A stretch of 64,000 nucleotides of DNA from assembly GCA_020536535.1 (NCBI GenBank), contig JAHLWZ010000845.1, positions 16,137-80,136 on the forward strand. The letters run 5' to 3'. The position numbers and the translations under genes were made by a program. The notes below the pieces were generated by a model, which worked only from the letters and a program-made list of their open reading frames with translations, was not told the DNA's origin and did not search any database. This document shows, piece after piece, positions 52,329 to 64,000 of the stretch; the stretch's first letter is position 1, and every line of letters starts with the position of its first letter. Origin of the DNA: Pelomyxa schiedti (Eukaryota; Protista; Evosea).

Positions 52329-54391
52329 TTAGAATCGTTGTGCCAGCCACCCTGTAATTTCATCTGGGAATGAGCTGGAGCCCTCAGCGGCCACCGTGTC
52401 GTTGTAGAAGTCCCGAATTTCCTGCATTGTCACCTCAAAATTTCTCATTGCGAATGCAGCATGCTCTGGCGTCTTGATAAAAACTCCCATGAGCCGCTTT
52501 TTTACTATCTGAGGATCATTCAGAGAAGGGAACTTCCTCAGCAGCATCTTGACGAGAGGGAGGTCCACGCCATAGCGGCCATCAAGTTGGCACCACTTCG
52601 CCAGCATGTCTACGATCTTTGTTGTGTGAGTGTAAAAATTTGGGATTGTATGTATACCTCAGCGGCCTCAATGTTAAAAGAGTCAATGAGCCACTCAGCA
52701 CATCTTGAGTGTCTGTAGTAAAGCATTTGATACAACAAGTAATTGCAATCCCACTTTATGTGCTGTGGCTGAAGATGGAACTGTGTAACTAAAAATTTGA
52801 CGACCTTGCTTGAGCAATAGCATGAACAACTGTACGCATTGGAGTTCAAACACTGGGCAACCTCATCACTGGAAAAGGAAAACATGGATAGAAACTGTGT
52901 GACGTGTACAAGATGACTGGCTAATCCAAGAACCCTCCAAATAAGTTCCCGAGGAAGTAATTTTGTAAAACCGGGAAAGGTATTCAATAGGAGCATAATA
53001 CATTCGGGCCCATGGGCCCAGTAAGGCTTGCTTCCTGACCTGATTGCTGTCTCAAATGCACACTGTTCAATGCTTGACATTGATACATGTGCCAGAAACC
53101 ACCTGATGGTGCTTAGGTCTCCGGTACATTCTGAGAGCATTTTATCCAGAGTGGACGCAGGTGCGCCTGGGGTGGAGTTCAGAATGTCCATAGCGTGGTG
53201 AGCTCTTTCTAGATAATCAACAACTCCAATGTTACTAGAACAGAGCGCAGTTTGAATAGCCTGCTGAAGGTCAGAGGGTGAAAGAGAGCCAACCTTACTC
53301 GACAGCCACTCAACGAGAAGCGCATTACTTTCGGTCTTGTTTTTACACGCAGAAACGAACGTCAATGGTGTAGGCAGGATAGACTTTTCAGTAACAATCC
53401 ACTTCACAGTATCCAGGTCTGCGTAATTTTCGCAACACTGGTTCAATAGTTCCTCTGTCATCTCCACAGAAAACGTGGTGAGACACCATTTGGAAATATC
53501 TCCGTGCTCTATGCCAGGCAAGGTTGACGCTCGGAACGGAACCTCAAATCTTTCCTTTGCCCATTTACATAACTCAAGATTGCTCTTCCTGGTTACTAGA
53601 ATGGATCGAAACAGTGCCTGAGTTCTGTACCAATCCCCATCATTTGAAAACCCATCTAGCATCCCTTTAATAATAGAGGGATTTTTGCCAGAGGCACAAG
53701 CTTCAAGGGGATCATAAGAAGGAGTCTCCTCGCCATTAACATACTTCCACATATCAAATGTATCCAGAATCCACCTCGCGGTCCCATAATCCCCAGAGCA
53801 CAGTAGCGAGTAAAGCGGATAAAGAAGCCGCCACTGCTCGTTCAACCCGAACTCCCCAATGGTCCACTTGATAGTCTCCAGCATGTTGGCCTCACAGCCC
53901 TCGTCCAGCACCGAATTGTAGGCGCACCGCGACCTTATGTCCTCCCTCAGCCCGCGGTCCTCGGGGCTCCCGGCCTCGGGCCACCGCACCCCGCCCACTT
54001 CCCCTCCCCTTACGAAATTCTCCAGCAGCTCGACGCAGCCGCCGCGGTAGAGCCCGTAGAGGACCCTCATGCACTCCTTGCGGCGGTCCCGCTGTTCCTT
54101 GTGCCGGGTGATCCACAGGAGGCAGCGGGCCCCACCGCGGCCGGGCCGGGCGGCGGCCGCGGCGCACGACATCAGGGTGTTGGCGGAGAAGAGCCAGTCG
54201 CGGCGGACCTTGCCCCACACCAGCGCCACCAGCGGGAAAAAGGCCTCAGCGGCCCGGAACAGCCTGGTCGCCTGCTTGCCCCAGTAGTGACCGGGATTGA
54301 GATAATCCCGCGAGACCACGTGGTCCCAGACCAGCTTGGACACCCACAGCGCGTGCCGTTTGGCTTCTTCCCTGCTTGGATCCGTTGCCGT
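52329..54391 (-). CDS. Hypothetical helical-repeat (degenerate ankyrin-like) protein; start codon uncertain
   Basis: Long ORF 52610-54499 joined in frame to the 52329 exon via a GT...AAG intron (AAE/IVDML); repeated 'AC....L..VKW' units. Confidence 0.65.
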
Positions 54392-54541
54392 TTGTTTGTT
54401 GATGTTTTTGTTTTTGTGTTTGTTTTGACAAAAAGAAAAACTCAAGACTCTGTTCGGAGAAAGCAAAAAACTTGTTGAGTTTCTAAGAAATGAAAACAAT
54501 TGTTATGATTTGGCCTTGTGTGTTGCTTTGGGAAGGGCTTT

Positions 54542-55979
54542 TTAGCAAGAGAAGCAAGTCTTCTTGAAGTATTCAGACTCGGAACCAGCCAAGACACGAG
54601 ATACGGATGTGTTTGGAGGAAGAGCGGCCATCTTCACATACTCCTGAGCGAACCTCAGAGCACGAGACTTCTCACCAGCACTGCTGTTCTTTCCCACCCA
54701 GGCAAAGACTCCCTTGCCGCTGTCAATGATGAACACATCATTTTGGTCCAGCATAGAGAAGCTCAGTGCGCCGGTGGCCTCCTTGTGAACTTGAAGTACA
54801 CCACTGGCATCGGTGATACGGAACAGAGCCTTCTGGCGGGACCTGAGGGCATCATCATCGCCTCCCTCGACGGCAGATTTGTAGGGCCCAGACCCGAGAT
54901 GGGTTCTCCACTCAGCGGGGTAGATTGTGTCGGGCTCATCTGGGTTAAATATTAGAATTTCTGGTGGGAAGGGTAAAGGGGTTACCGAATACTTCAACTG
55001 TGGGCCTGCCATCTCGCTCTCCATCAATGCATCGGCATACAGAGCCGGCCTTGGCACGCTCTGCAGGGCCACTTGCCTGCAAAATTGTTAATAGAGTATT
55101 AATGGGAATGGGGTGTTACCTTGCCATTGAACTGGATAAGTTTCATTCCCAAGTCAAGGATGAAGACATCACCACTGTTAACGCTGCTGGCCTGGAGTGG
55201 TACTTCGAAAAAGCGTACTGCGTTCATCCTGCCCTTAATGTGGATGAGGCGTGGCTTCCAAGCAACTGCAGTGACATGAGAAAAGCCTGTCTGTGTGCCT
55301 CCCTACATAGAGTGATTAGGAGATAAATTGTTAAAGGAAAATCAACTTCAAGGTAGCGGATGCCATTAGGGAAGTAGCTCAAGAACAGATCAGACTCGTT
55401 CCCTTCCACCTCTCGGTACTCAATTGGCTTTCCTCCCAACTGTCAATAATTAAGATCAAGAGGAAAAACCTCAGAAAAAAAAATTACATGGTCATCAAGT
55501 TCTACAGTCTTGTAGGCAGCAGTACCAGCCTCATCCATAGAGGTATCCTTTCCAAGCCAGAAATGAGCGTCCCATGCCAGTGTCGTGGGGGAATCCTTAT
55601 ACGTGTGGAGGACGATGTACGAATCTCCAGAGTAAAACAACCCTAAACGCTCGATAAGACGCCGCCATTCATTCTGCCTTCCCCAACATACCGTGGAATT
55701 TTGGTTCCAGGCCCACTACACGGAATTGCTCAATGCGCCAAATCTCGATTCCGCTACGCGCAAGTCAGATTAATGTGGAAACAATAACAGGTTTACTTCC
55801 AAACAACGGGAAAGAAAAAGACAAAAGAAAAAAACAAAAAAAAAAAAAACACGCAACGGTACTCGGCCGGCCATTTTCCAGCTTGCCTCGCAATGTGCGG
55901 CCGCCTGCCTCACTTGGTGCTCGAGTTCGGACCCCAAGTTGGCGATGTTGGACTCTGCGAACGCTGCCTGCCTTGCCAT
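54542..55979 (-). CDS. Severin/fragmin/gelsolin-family actin-severing protein
   Basis: [91 protein letters not shown]. Confidence 0.93.
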
Positions 55980-56106
55980 TTTATTTTGTTTTGTCTCGTG
56001 CCTGTTGCTTGGTTTGTTTGTTTTGTTTGTTTTTTAAAACTTTTTCTGCTGTGGCTTTTGAGCGCCCAAAAGCAAGAAATTTTGCAGTTTGAAAGGTCAC
56101 AGGATT

Positions 56107-57820
56107 TTAAAATCGGTTGTTCGCGTAAAGTCTTTCTCTCACAACGGTTCGCGTCTGCAGATTTTTGTTGAGAGCCGTGCTAGCCAAACGTTCAGCCAAG
56201 TCATTGCCATCAGTCGTTGATGAAGGAAGCACTCTTGTTGTGAAAGAGGCCGGAGGTGAGGATACACTGAGAGGGGCAGGTAGAGGGGTGCCCCAGGCCC
56301 ACTCTATTATCAGTTGTATCACAGCCAGAGGTAGCATGTGCAGAGGGCACTCTTCACTGTTTTTCCAGCCAACCAAAAGCGGCTTGATTTCAACCCAGCG
56401 TGGTAGCAGCCGCAGCACTTTCCACACACAGCGGTTGCCTTTGTCACCCAGGTACAGGACTCTTTTGTTCTCGTCGTAGGCTAGGCCGGTCTTGGGTTGG
56501 TATGAGAATGTAGGTGGAAGATTGGAACACCGGTTGCCTTTGCCACCAACTACAGTGACAACGTGACCTGGAATATCAGTTAGTTTTTTTTGTCTGGAGT
56601 TGTAACATAGGGAGAAACATACCATCGGGGTACAGCATTCTGAGTTTCCTGTTTTGACATTCAGAGAAATAAATAATTCCGTTTGGGGCGGTGACAATTC
56701 CATAGGGCCATTTTAGCTGCGCCGAACAACCTTCTCCATCCAGGTCCCCTACTGTACCTCCAGCAACAACTTCCACTTCAGACACTAAAGTTTGGTAAAA
56801 AGGAAACACAGAAAAGAAAATTGAGGGCACCGGCATCTCCTTTGATATGAATTCTTTTGATGGCATTTGCTTCTGAATCGGCAATATAGCACGAGCCATC
56901 CTCACCGAAAGCAATGCAGGCTGGTCTTTTGAAATCTGAACTTATTGTAGTCTCAATACCTGAGAGAAAAAGTAAGTATACTGTAGTAAGGAAGATACCA
57001 CTTACACTCTGGAGTGACTCTTATCAGTGATTGGGTTTTTTGGGAGGTAACAAATAAATTCCCACTTGCATCAAGAGCAAAGCCAATCAAACTATGCAGT
57101 TCTGGGGTCGTGAAAAGGGTTCTCACTAATGGTATTTTAGAAGAGGAAAATCAACAAAAAAAACCAAAAAGAACCTTCGGTGGTGGACAAAGAACGCACA
57201 TTATAAGTATCACTTGGAGAAACTCGATCTAGTACGATTATGACATCATTCATTTTATCCACAGCTAGAAGTTCGGGGTGTTGAAAGGCAGCTTCTGCAA
57301 GGGGTCCATCCTGAGGAACAGTTGCCTGTGGATTCCCTATTTCAATACTGCTTCCATCTTTTTGTTTTGCGTGATTAAAAGTTGTCATCCATTTCCAATA
57401 GCAAAAGGTGTTGCGATTGAGTGCCAAGTTTAATTTTGCGTGATACAACCTTCAATAGAAATTCTAAAAACAACTTTGCGGCTTGGGTAGGGGGCGTATA
57501 GAAATCCGTGATGACAAACAACGCGGTAGGCTGGGAAATCATCCTCAAGCAACGACTTGAACTGGGTCACACTCCAAATGGACATCCTTTAAATACTATA
57601 CAAAATGATACAACTGACACAACGGGACTCAAATCGTTCTTTCTGGCGATCTCTAAGGACCAAATTGGGAACAGTCAAATCAATTTCTAAGCCCGGGACT
57701 CTTGAACGCTGGGCACCTGAGGTCGGTAATTGAGGGTCAAAGTGGGAACCTTAGCTGAGACTCTGGATTTTGGAAAAAAGATGAGAACGTCCTTGCTCTG
57801 GAATTCATCATTTCAAACAT
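56107..57820 (-). CDS. NHL-repeat protein with C-terminal F-box-like motif (5' structure approximate)
   Basis: DGPLAEAAFQHPELLAVD, GDLDGEGCSAQLKWPYGIVTAPNGIIYFSECQNRKLR, GLAYDENKRVLYLGDKGNRCV. Confidence 0.7.
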
Positions 57821-57940
57821 GAAAAGGAATTTGTGTTGTTGCACAGAACACAGACAAACAAACTGTGCACATCATGTGGACAGTTCCTTTCTTCAAACAA
57901 ATTTGTTTCAGTTGGGTTTTTTGAACAACGAAGGGTCTGT

Positions 57941-60900
57941 CTATTCGTGGTCGCTGGTGTCCTCCTCGTTTTCTTCACCACCCTCTTCATCTTCTTCATC
58001 CTCATCTTCGTCGTCTGCTTTTTGCTCAAATACGTTGACCAGTCTCTTGAGCAGTGTGGCTTTCAGTGCTGGTTCGAGGCATGATGTTGGGCCTATGGCA
58101 CAGACGTGGCCTTGTTGTGCAAGAAGCTGGAACCTTTCAGTGAACGCTACAATTTGGTCCGGGGTTGTGCCGAGCATTTCGTCGCGTTCTCTCTACGGTT
58201 TGGGTTAGGAAAGGAAAGAGGAAAGACTTGTGTACCTGCACATCGTCCAAAGTCAGTCCGACCATGAACGTTCTTGTAATGAACTCTCCCTTCATTGACG
58301 GAGTCATTGGGCTGTCTTCCTCTCCAATAGTTCCAATTATGTACTTGGCCAGACTTTCGGGAGTCAGATGGAGGTTTGAAACGAATCCAGCTGTTTCATC
58401 ATAAACTTGAATTGTCTTGGAGACGTTGGGGTCATGGTAGGAAACCAACGCAATGCTTCCGTCCCGTTTGAAGTACTTGAAAACATGTTAGTAAAATGGA
58501 TTGGAAGGGTTTGTTATACAGCCCAGCAGCCATAAGCCCCTCCTTGGTCGCGAATCTTGGGCCATAAAAATTCAAGTTCAAGGTACCTGTGGAATGTTTT
58601 GAAAAGAAAAAACCGGAGGAAAGAGTACTTGCAACAGACTTGAAATGCACCATTGAACTTCAAGCCAAAAGGAGCAATGTTCACTGCCTTGGCAACACAA
58701 TTTACAGAGGATGAAATTATAAGACCTTCGTCACTTTGTGAGATTCTTGTGCTACACTCGTTTGGTTTCTGAAATATTTAGGGAAGAGTTTCTGACAGTA
58801 AAACACAACGAACATTTCCGATGATCACCGGGAGCTTCCCGCTCACTTTACAGGGCAACTGAGACAATAGGAGAGCAACGCTTTGTACGACTACAGGAAC
58901 AGTTTCTGGTTCACATGTGCAAGAAACAATGAGTCGCCCACGATCGAATAGTACTGAAGAAAGAGAAGCAAGTTCGTGTTCTAGTCTTGAAGCAGTCTCT
59001 TCTGACCAAGATTTTTCCAGTTCTGCCAACCACTAATGACACAAATTAGAAAACACACACGCACAAAAAAAAAAAAGAACTAATGACAGTACTTTATAAA
59101 GATGAAGCCCAGAGTAGTGGTATTCAAAGTTGTGTCCTGGAGCCAAATAGGACAATACTCCGGAGAAAACGGTATTGGAGTCGCAACTCTGGAGTTCATC
59201 CTCAAGATTCATTTTCATTTCTTGGACGATCTCTAAGATGCGATCGTGTGAAGTGAAGATGGTTCCCAATAAAAGTTCAGAAAGTAATCTCATTACAATC
59301 TCTATTTTGCTAAGCAACAGGCTGCATTTAAGAGTAACAACAGCAGAAAATGCATTGTTCTGGTACTGTTGAATATAGAGGCTCTGAGACAAAGAAACGC
59401 CACCACTGTGCATGTTTATCTGGTTGGACACGGCAACGTAATTGTGGTGAACTGTGTCCACTTTTCCAATAAGATCACACAATAGAGCCAACAGGGGCAA
59501 TTGCTCTAAAGGTACCCAAGTGATATCAAATAGGAATCGACAATACAGTATGCCATTTGTTTTCGCCAAGGTTTGCAACATCGGGACACCTTCACCCACA
59601 GTTGTGATTACATGTGGAATTCGTTCAGTGTGGGGATCCACATCAGATAAAAGGAGGGTTGGTATTGTAGCCAGTGCTTCTGGAGTGTCTGGTGCGCGTT
59701 GTTCTGCTAGCATTGCTTGTGTTTGGTTTACAAGTTGTTCAATCTCGTTGGAGGTCAGTGAAGCTTTGTATGCTTTGAGCCTCGATTCTAGTTCTTGTTT
59801 TCGCCTTTCTTCCAACCCACAACTTGGTTTCAGACATACAATGCACCGGTGCATATTTTGTAAAAGGTGACGTTCGATCATTGTTTCAAAGTATCTACCC
59901 TTGGCTCCATTGCTGCCGGGTAGGGCGGCTTTCCGAATGTCTCGAAGAGCACTTGAGTACTCCAAAAGTGCCAGGGGGTCTTGACCATAGAGCCATGACT
60001 GCATGCAGGACATTGCATGTACAAGGCCTTTGGGGTAATCCTTGTAGTCAGCTTCCCGTAACTGAAATTCCATCAAGTTTATGGCACCTTAGTTATTATT
60101 AGAGAATGAATATACAAAGGCACAGTTACCTTCAATCATATCAGACGGTATTCCTTCACGGACAGCTGTTTCTAGTACGTTGTGAATAGCCGAAATAAAT
60201 TCCTCTAGTTTTGTAGCCTCTGTCCCTCTCAGTACAATTGCTAACATTGGTTGCTTCATATCAAAATCTTCAATGCCATACACATCCTTCCCCACTCCGC
60301 GTTTAATTAACACTTCCTTCACAATGGCACCCTCAGTTGATGTAAGTATGAAGTCGAGAATACTCATAGACAGATATGTCTCCATATCCCAGGTGTGACC
60401 AATTTGCCAAGCAAGAGCGAGAATTGTCTTTTCTGAAGGATCCTCATTGATTCCAATAGGATACTCGGCTAAAATTGGTGGAGGTACGGAACTGAAAGGA
60501 GGATGATCGGAGATACACGGTTGAGGTGTAACAGGACTGTATTCAGAAAAATAACTCTCTAAAATGGCAAGTTCCTCTTCAAGGTTACCATCACCATAGA
60601 GGATTGTGTAACTGTTGCTGGGGTGGTAGTTTTTGGTGTGGAACTCAAGGAATTGCTCCCATTTGAGTGTGGGTATGTCATTAGGATCGCCACCAAAATC
60701 GAACGCATAAGCAGAGTGAGGGAAAAGTCCGTTAAGGAGAAGGCGACTCAGAAGTTCATCTGGAGATGAATAATCGCCTTTCATCTCATTGTATACAACA
60801 CCGTTGATGGTAATGGGGTCATTTGGGTTCTCAATGTGATATCTCCATCCTTCCTAATAGGAATAACTACGAATGGGAAAAGCGTGCTCAGACCTGAAGA

Positions 60901-61524
60901 AAAACGTTCTTTGACGTGTGAATTCGGGGATGGAAAACAGCGTCCAGGTATCTACATGTAAGATCAAAATTGCGGCAAATAAAGAATTTAATATATATAT
61001 TAAATTTTTGGGTTTTTTAAAAAAGGGGAGGGACATACACGTCAACCAAGTTTCGGAAGTCTTTGTGGTTTCTACTGGCCACAGGGTACATTGTTTTATC
61101 GGGATATGTGAAAGCATTCAAAAAAGTGTTGAGTGAGCCCTGGAGGAATCAGATAAATATTTCGAATCTTGGCTACCTTCATCATGTCTACGAAAGGTTG
61201 TTTTGTCCTGAACTTTCTACTCCCACATAAGACACTGTGCTCTGCTATATGTGGGCAACCTGTACTATCCGTGGGAGTCGTTCCAAAAGAAATAGTGAAA
61301 ACCTGGCACCATTCACAAAGAGAGTAAGTACACGTTAAAAAAGAGTGTCCCAAGAAAAAATCGTTCTGCACCTTGTTGTCGTCGTCATCGTGCACCAACT
61401 TTAGAACCCTCGCACCGGTCTTCACGTGCACGAGCTCTGTGGCGTTGCACGAAATATCCTGCAGACGCACATTCTCCCGCACCACTTTAAACGCGCCACC
61501 GTAACCGGTGCTGGTTGTTGCCAT
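57941..61524 (-). CDS. Presequence protease (peptidase M16C, PITRM1/Cym1/PreP-like)
   Basis: TPTDSTGCPHIAEHSVLCGSRKF (HxxEH), EGWRY...NGVVYNEMKG, FGGDPNDIPTL, NYHPSN, EFQLRE, TNGILY, SYHDPN, IIGTIGEED. Confidence 0.93.
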
Positions 61525-61691
61525 CAGCTAATGGGTTTGTTTTTATTTAATTTAATTTTGTGGAAAATCGTTGGAACCCGGACAACAAAAAGTGTTGACA
61601 AGACAAAATTAATTCCCCTGGCACTTATTGTTATGGCTCCACTAACACAAGGCACGGCATTTTTCTTTTTTTAAAAAAAAAAAGGCTTCGT

Positions 61692-62544
61692 TTACTCCTT
61701 GCCCTTTTTGCCCTTCTTGCCCTTGGTCTCGCCCTCCTCTTCCTCCTCCTCGGCGGCGGCGTCCTCATCCTTGTCCTTCTTGTTCTTGCCTCCTTTTTTG
61801 CCTTGGGCTCCCTTCTTGTCCTCCTTCTCGGCTGAGGCTCCCAGCCCGGTTCGTGTGTAGATTGTTATTTTGGAGTGGTGTGTGATTGCTCTGATGTAGC
61901 CTTTGTTAACTAGCTCTTTAATAGCAAGGCGTGCAAGACTGCCATTGATCTGTAGATAGTGTGAGGAACAGCAATGAACAAAAACACCGAAAACAAAAGA
62001 ACGAGCGGAGAAAAGGGCAGGAGCTAGGAAATGAAGAATGTCACTCAAGAACAAGGTGATGAACAACAAAGTGCACAGGATTGGACATACTCTGAATCGA
62101 TCGGAAAGTACTGCAGGTGTGACCAACTTCATTGTTGGAACCTCCTTTAGGAGCTTATCGTATGTGGCTTTGTCGAAGAGGACATTGTTGTTCAGTTTCT
62201 CCTTGACTTTGGCTTTGGACCACTTGAAACGCGGTAAGAAAACAAGTCAAGGTCGAGAAAAAGAGGCGATGAGTGGAAACGAGGTTTGATAAAACTGACC
62301 TTCTTCTTGGCCTTGCCGCCACCCTTGGTCTTTCCTCCTGTAGCCTTCTCTGGCTTTTCCTTGCCCTACAAGCAATAGTTGGTTTCAAATACAAACCGCA
62401 AAAATACAAAAAAAAAAAAAAAAAACGAGAACGACCCCCGAAAACTACGCCATGCGTCGGGTGCAAAAACCGAACCAAAAAAGAAAAAAAAAGCCCACAA
62501 AAAAAGTGTGGGTTGTCTGGCATAACGCAACGTCGACCTACCAT
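61692..62544 (-). CDS. RPS25: 40S ribosomal protein S25 (eS25) with Lys/Glu-rich C-terminal extension; first exon is ATG only
   Basis: [62 protein letters not shown]...IYTR. Confidence 0.95.
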
Positions 62545-62879
62545 CGTAAGGTGCGCGGCTTCAAAGTACAAAAATGTGCGGGGATTGATTGTCTCGCTCC
62601 GGAATAGCGGAAAAAATAAAAATTGCCCGCTATTATCCTGCAACTGCCATTTTTTGTGTCAATAGATGCAATTGAATCTAGTCTCGCAGTTCCTCAGTCG
62701 GGACAAGGGAATCCTAACCCTCTCCTCCACACTAGCTCCACTAAGGAGTTTCCTGTACGCTCTCCTCAGCATTCCCGTGGCTGCCTCCTTCTCCTAACCT
62801 TGGAATTTTGTTTTTTCATGCCACATCGACCAAATCAAAAAATTGTTTGCCGTAGGAAGTTACACTCGCGTGGCAGCAT

Positions 62880-63906
62880 CAAAGAAATACAAGTGGGAGG
62901 GAAGGGAATGTGCGGTGCACGGTTGTGAGTGACGGGCAGGGCACATTTGCACCAATGTTCCAGCCCCTCGCTGTGTTCTGGCCCACGGCTCCGCGGGAGG
63001 ACCTAGACAGGCAGCTGGCCAAGCGCGGGGGGCCGGGCAGCGCGGACCTCAAGGAGACGACTCTGCCGTACGTGGTGCGGGTAAGGGTGGGGGAGGAGAC
63101 TGAGAGGGTGGTGGTTGTGGATGCGGGGTGCGGGGGGCTTCTGGGGCCCAACACTGGGAGGCTGGGGGAGAGCCTCGCGCTTTGGCTGGGGTCGACCCCG
63201 CCGCCGTGGAGTTTGTGGTCATCACTCATGCTCATCCTGACCATGTATGCGCTTGTATTCGTAGCTGCAGTGTGATGTTTGTTGTCTGTGGATTTTGCTT
63301 GGTGTTGCAAAGGTTGAAACCTTACTTATTGACATTCAAGATAGGAGGAGTACGTATTTTCCCTAATGCGAAGTTTGTTCTATGTGCTTCTGAGCATGCA
63401 TTTTGGAAGGGATTCTTGGCGGAGGAACCAAATGTATAGAACAAACTCGTTTTCGACCTCCTGAAAGACAAGTTCCCTCTGCTCCCGGCCCGCTTGATGC
63501 TAATAGAATCCGACGGCCAGGAAATTGTACCTGGAGTTAACGTGATGATGGCTCCAGGCCACGCTCCTGGACACATGAGAGTAGTCCGTATACATTCTGG
63601 GTCTCAGGAGTTGTTGTGCCTTTGGAGACTTGGTTATCACTGATATTCACATGGCTCACACTGACTGGGCTTATTCCCTTGACTTCCGTGCCGATATGAT
63701 TGCTGAGACAAGGAACCGTGTTTTCCATCAGTGAGTTTCTTTATCCTCTCTCTTTCCATTGAGCCTACCCTTTTAAAATAACCAGGGCTGCCACCAACAG
63801 AAGCCTTGTTTTCCTGTCACATTTCCCCTTCCCAGGACTTGGTCGTGTTATAGAACACGTCCCACCCACTTTGCGGATGCAACTGCGAAATGAAGTCTCT
63901 TATTGA
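62880..63906 (+). pseudogene. Metallo-beta-lactamase-fold hydrolase (methyl-parathion hydrolase/AHL-lactonase-like), disrupted
   Basis: VVSDG, VVVDAGCG, THAHPDH, IFPNAKF, APGHAPGH, GDL and HFPFPGLG motifs, but with frameshifts near 63178 and 63621, an in-frame TAG at 63437-63439, and probably another shift near 62905. Confidence 0.8.
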
Positions 63907-64000
63907 CAGGTGCGGAATGATCGCACTATGCAACGGTCGCACATTGAGGTTCAAGGTTCTTCCTCTATTCGATTCTTTACTGGTCACTAAGCAATCCTCT

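Noticed and set aside
52600-52660. Stop read-through or frameshift between ORFs 52610-54499 and 52329-52607
   Set aside because: A GT...AAG intron restores the frame (AAE/IVDML).
63170-63640. Programmed frameshifting at CTTTGG or TAG recoding in the MBL gene
   Set aside because: The shifts needed are of opposite sign, and TAG ends other genes in this window normally; decay or assembly error is simpler.

Overview
Gene-dense eukaryotic (protist) genomic DNA with about 30 protein-coding genes split by many very short (~38-50 nt) GT-AG introns, so the ORF track mostly shows exon fragments. The style (tiny introns, GC-rich first exons, many prokaryote-like enzymes, divergent lineage-specific families) resembles an amoebozoan such as an Archamoeba/Pelomyxa; this is an impression, not a verified assignment. 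Recognisable genes: ULK/ATG1-like kinase, Ap4A-type Nudix hydrolase, secreted GH28, MCRS1, PTEN with a ~750-aa disordered N-terminus, a divergent PPP phosphatase, GPATCH1, a CDC123/R2K-like ATP-grasp protein, a DUSP-CBM20 fusion, PP2C, a UPF0016/GDT1 transporter, GH47 mannosidase, a fused hydantoinase/5-oxoprolinase, an ankyrin protein, a putative GPI-anchored LRR protein, a VOC/glyoxalase, severin/gelsolin, an NHL protein, an M16C presequence protease, RPS25 and an MBL-fold pseudogene. The most interesting signals are the reversed-laforin DUSP-CBM20 architecture, a WH2-like motif on the ATP-grasp enzyme, a bacterial-type HyuA/HyuB pair fused by an intron that removes a stop codon, and an LRR gene built one repeat per exon. 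No rRNA, tRNA, CRISPR or transposase was recognised. Exon boundaries were inferred by eye.
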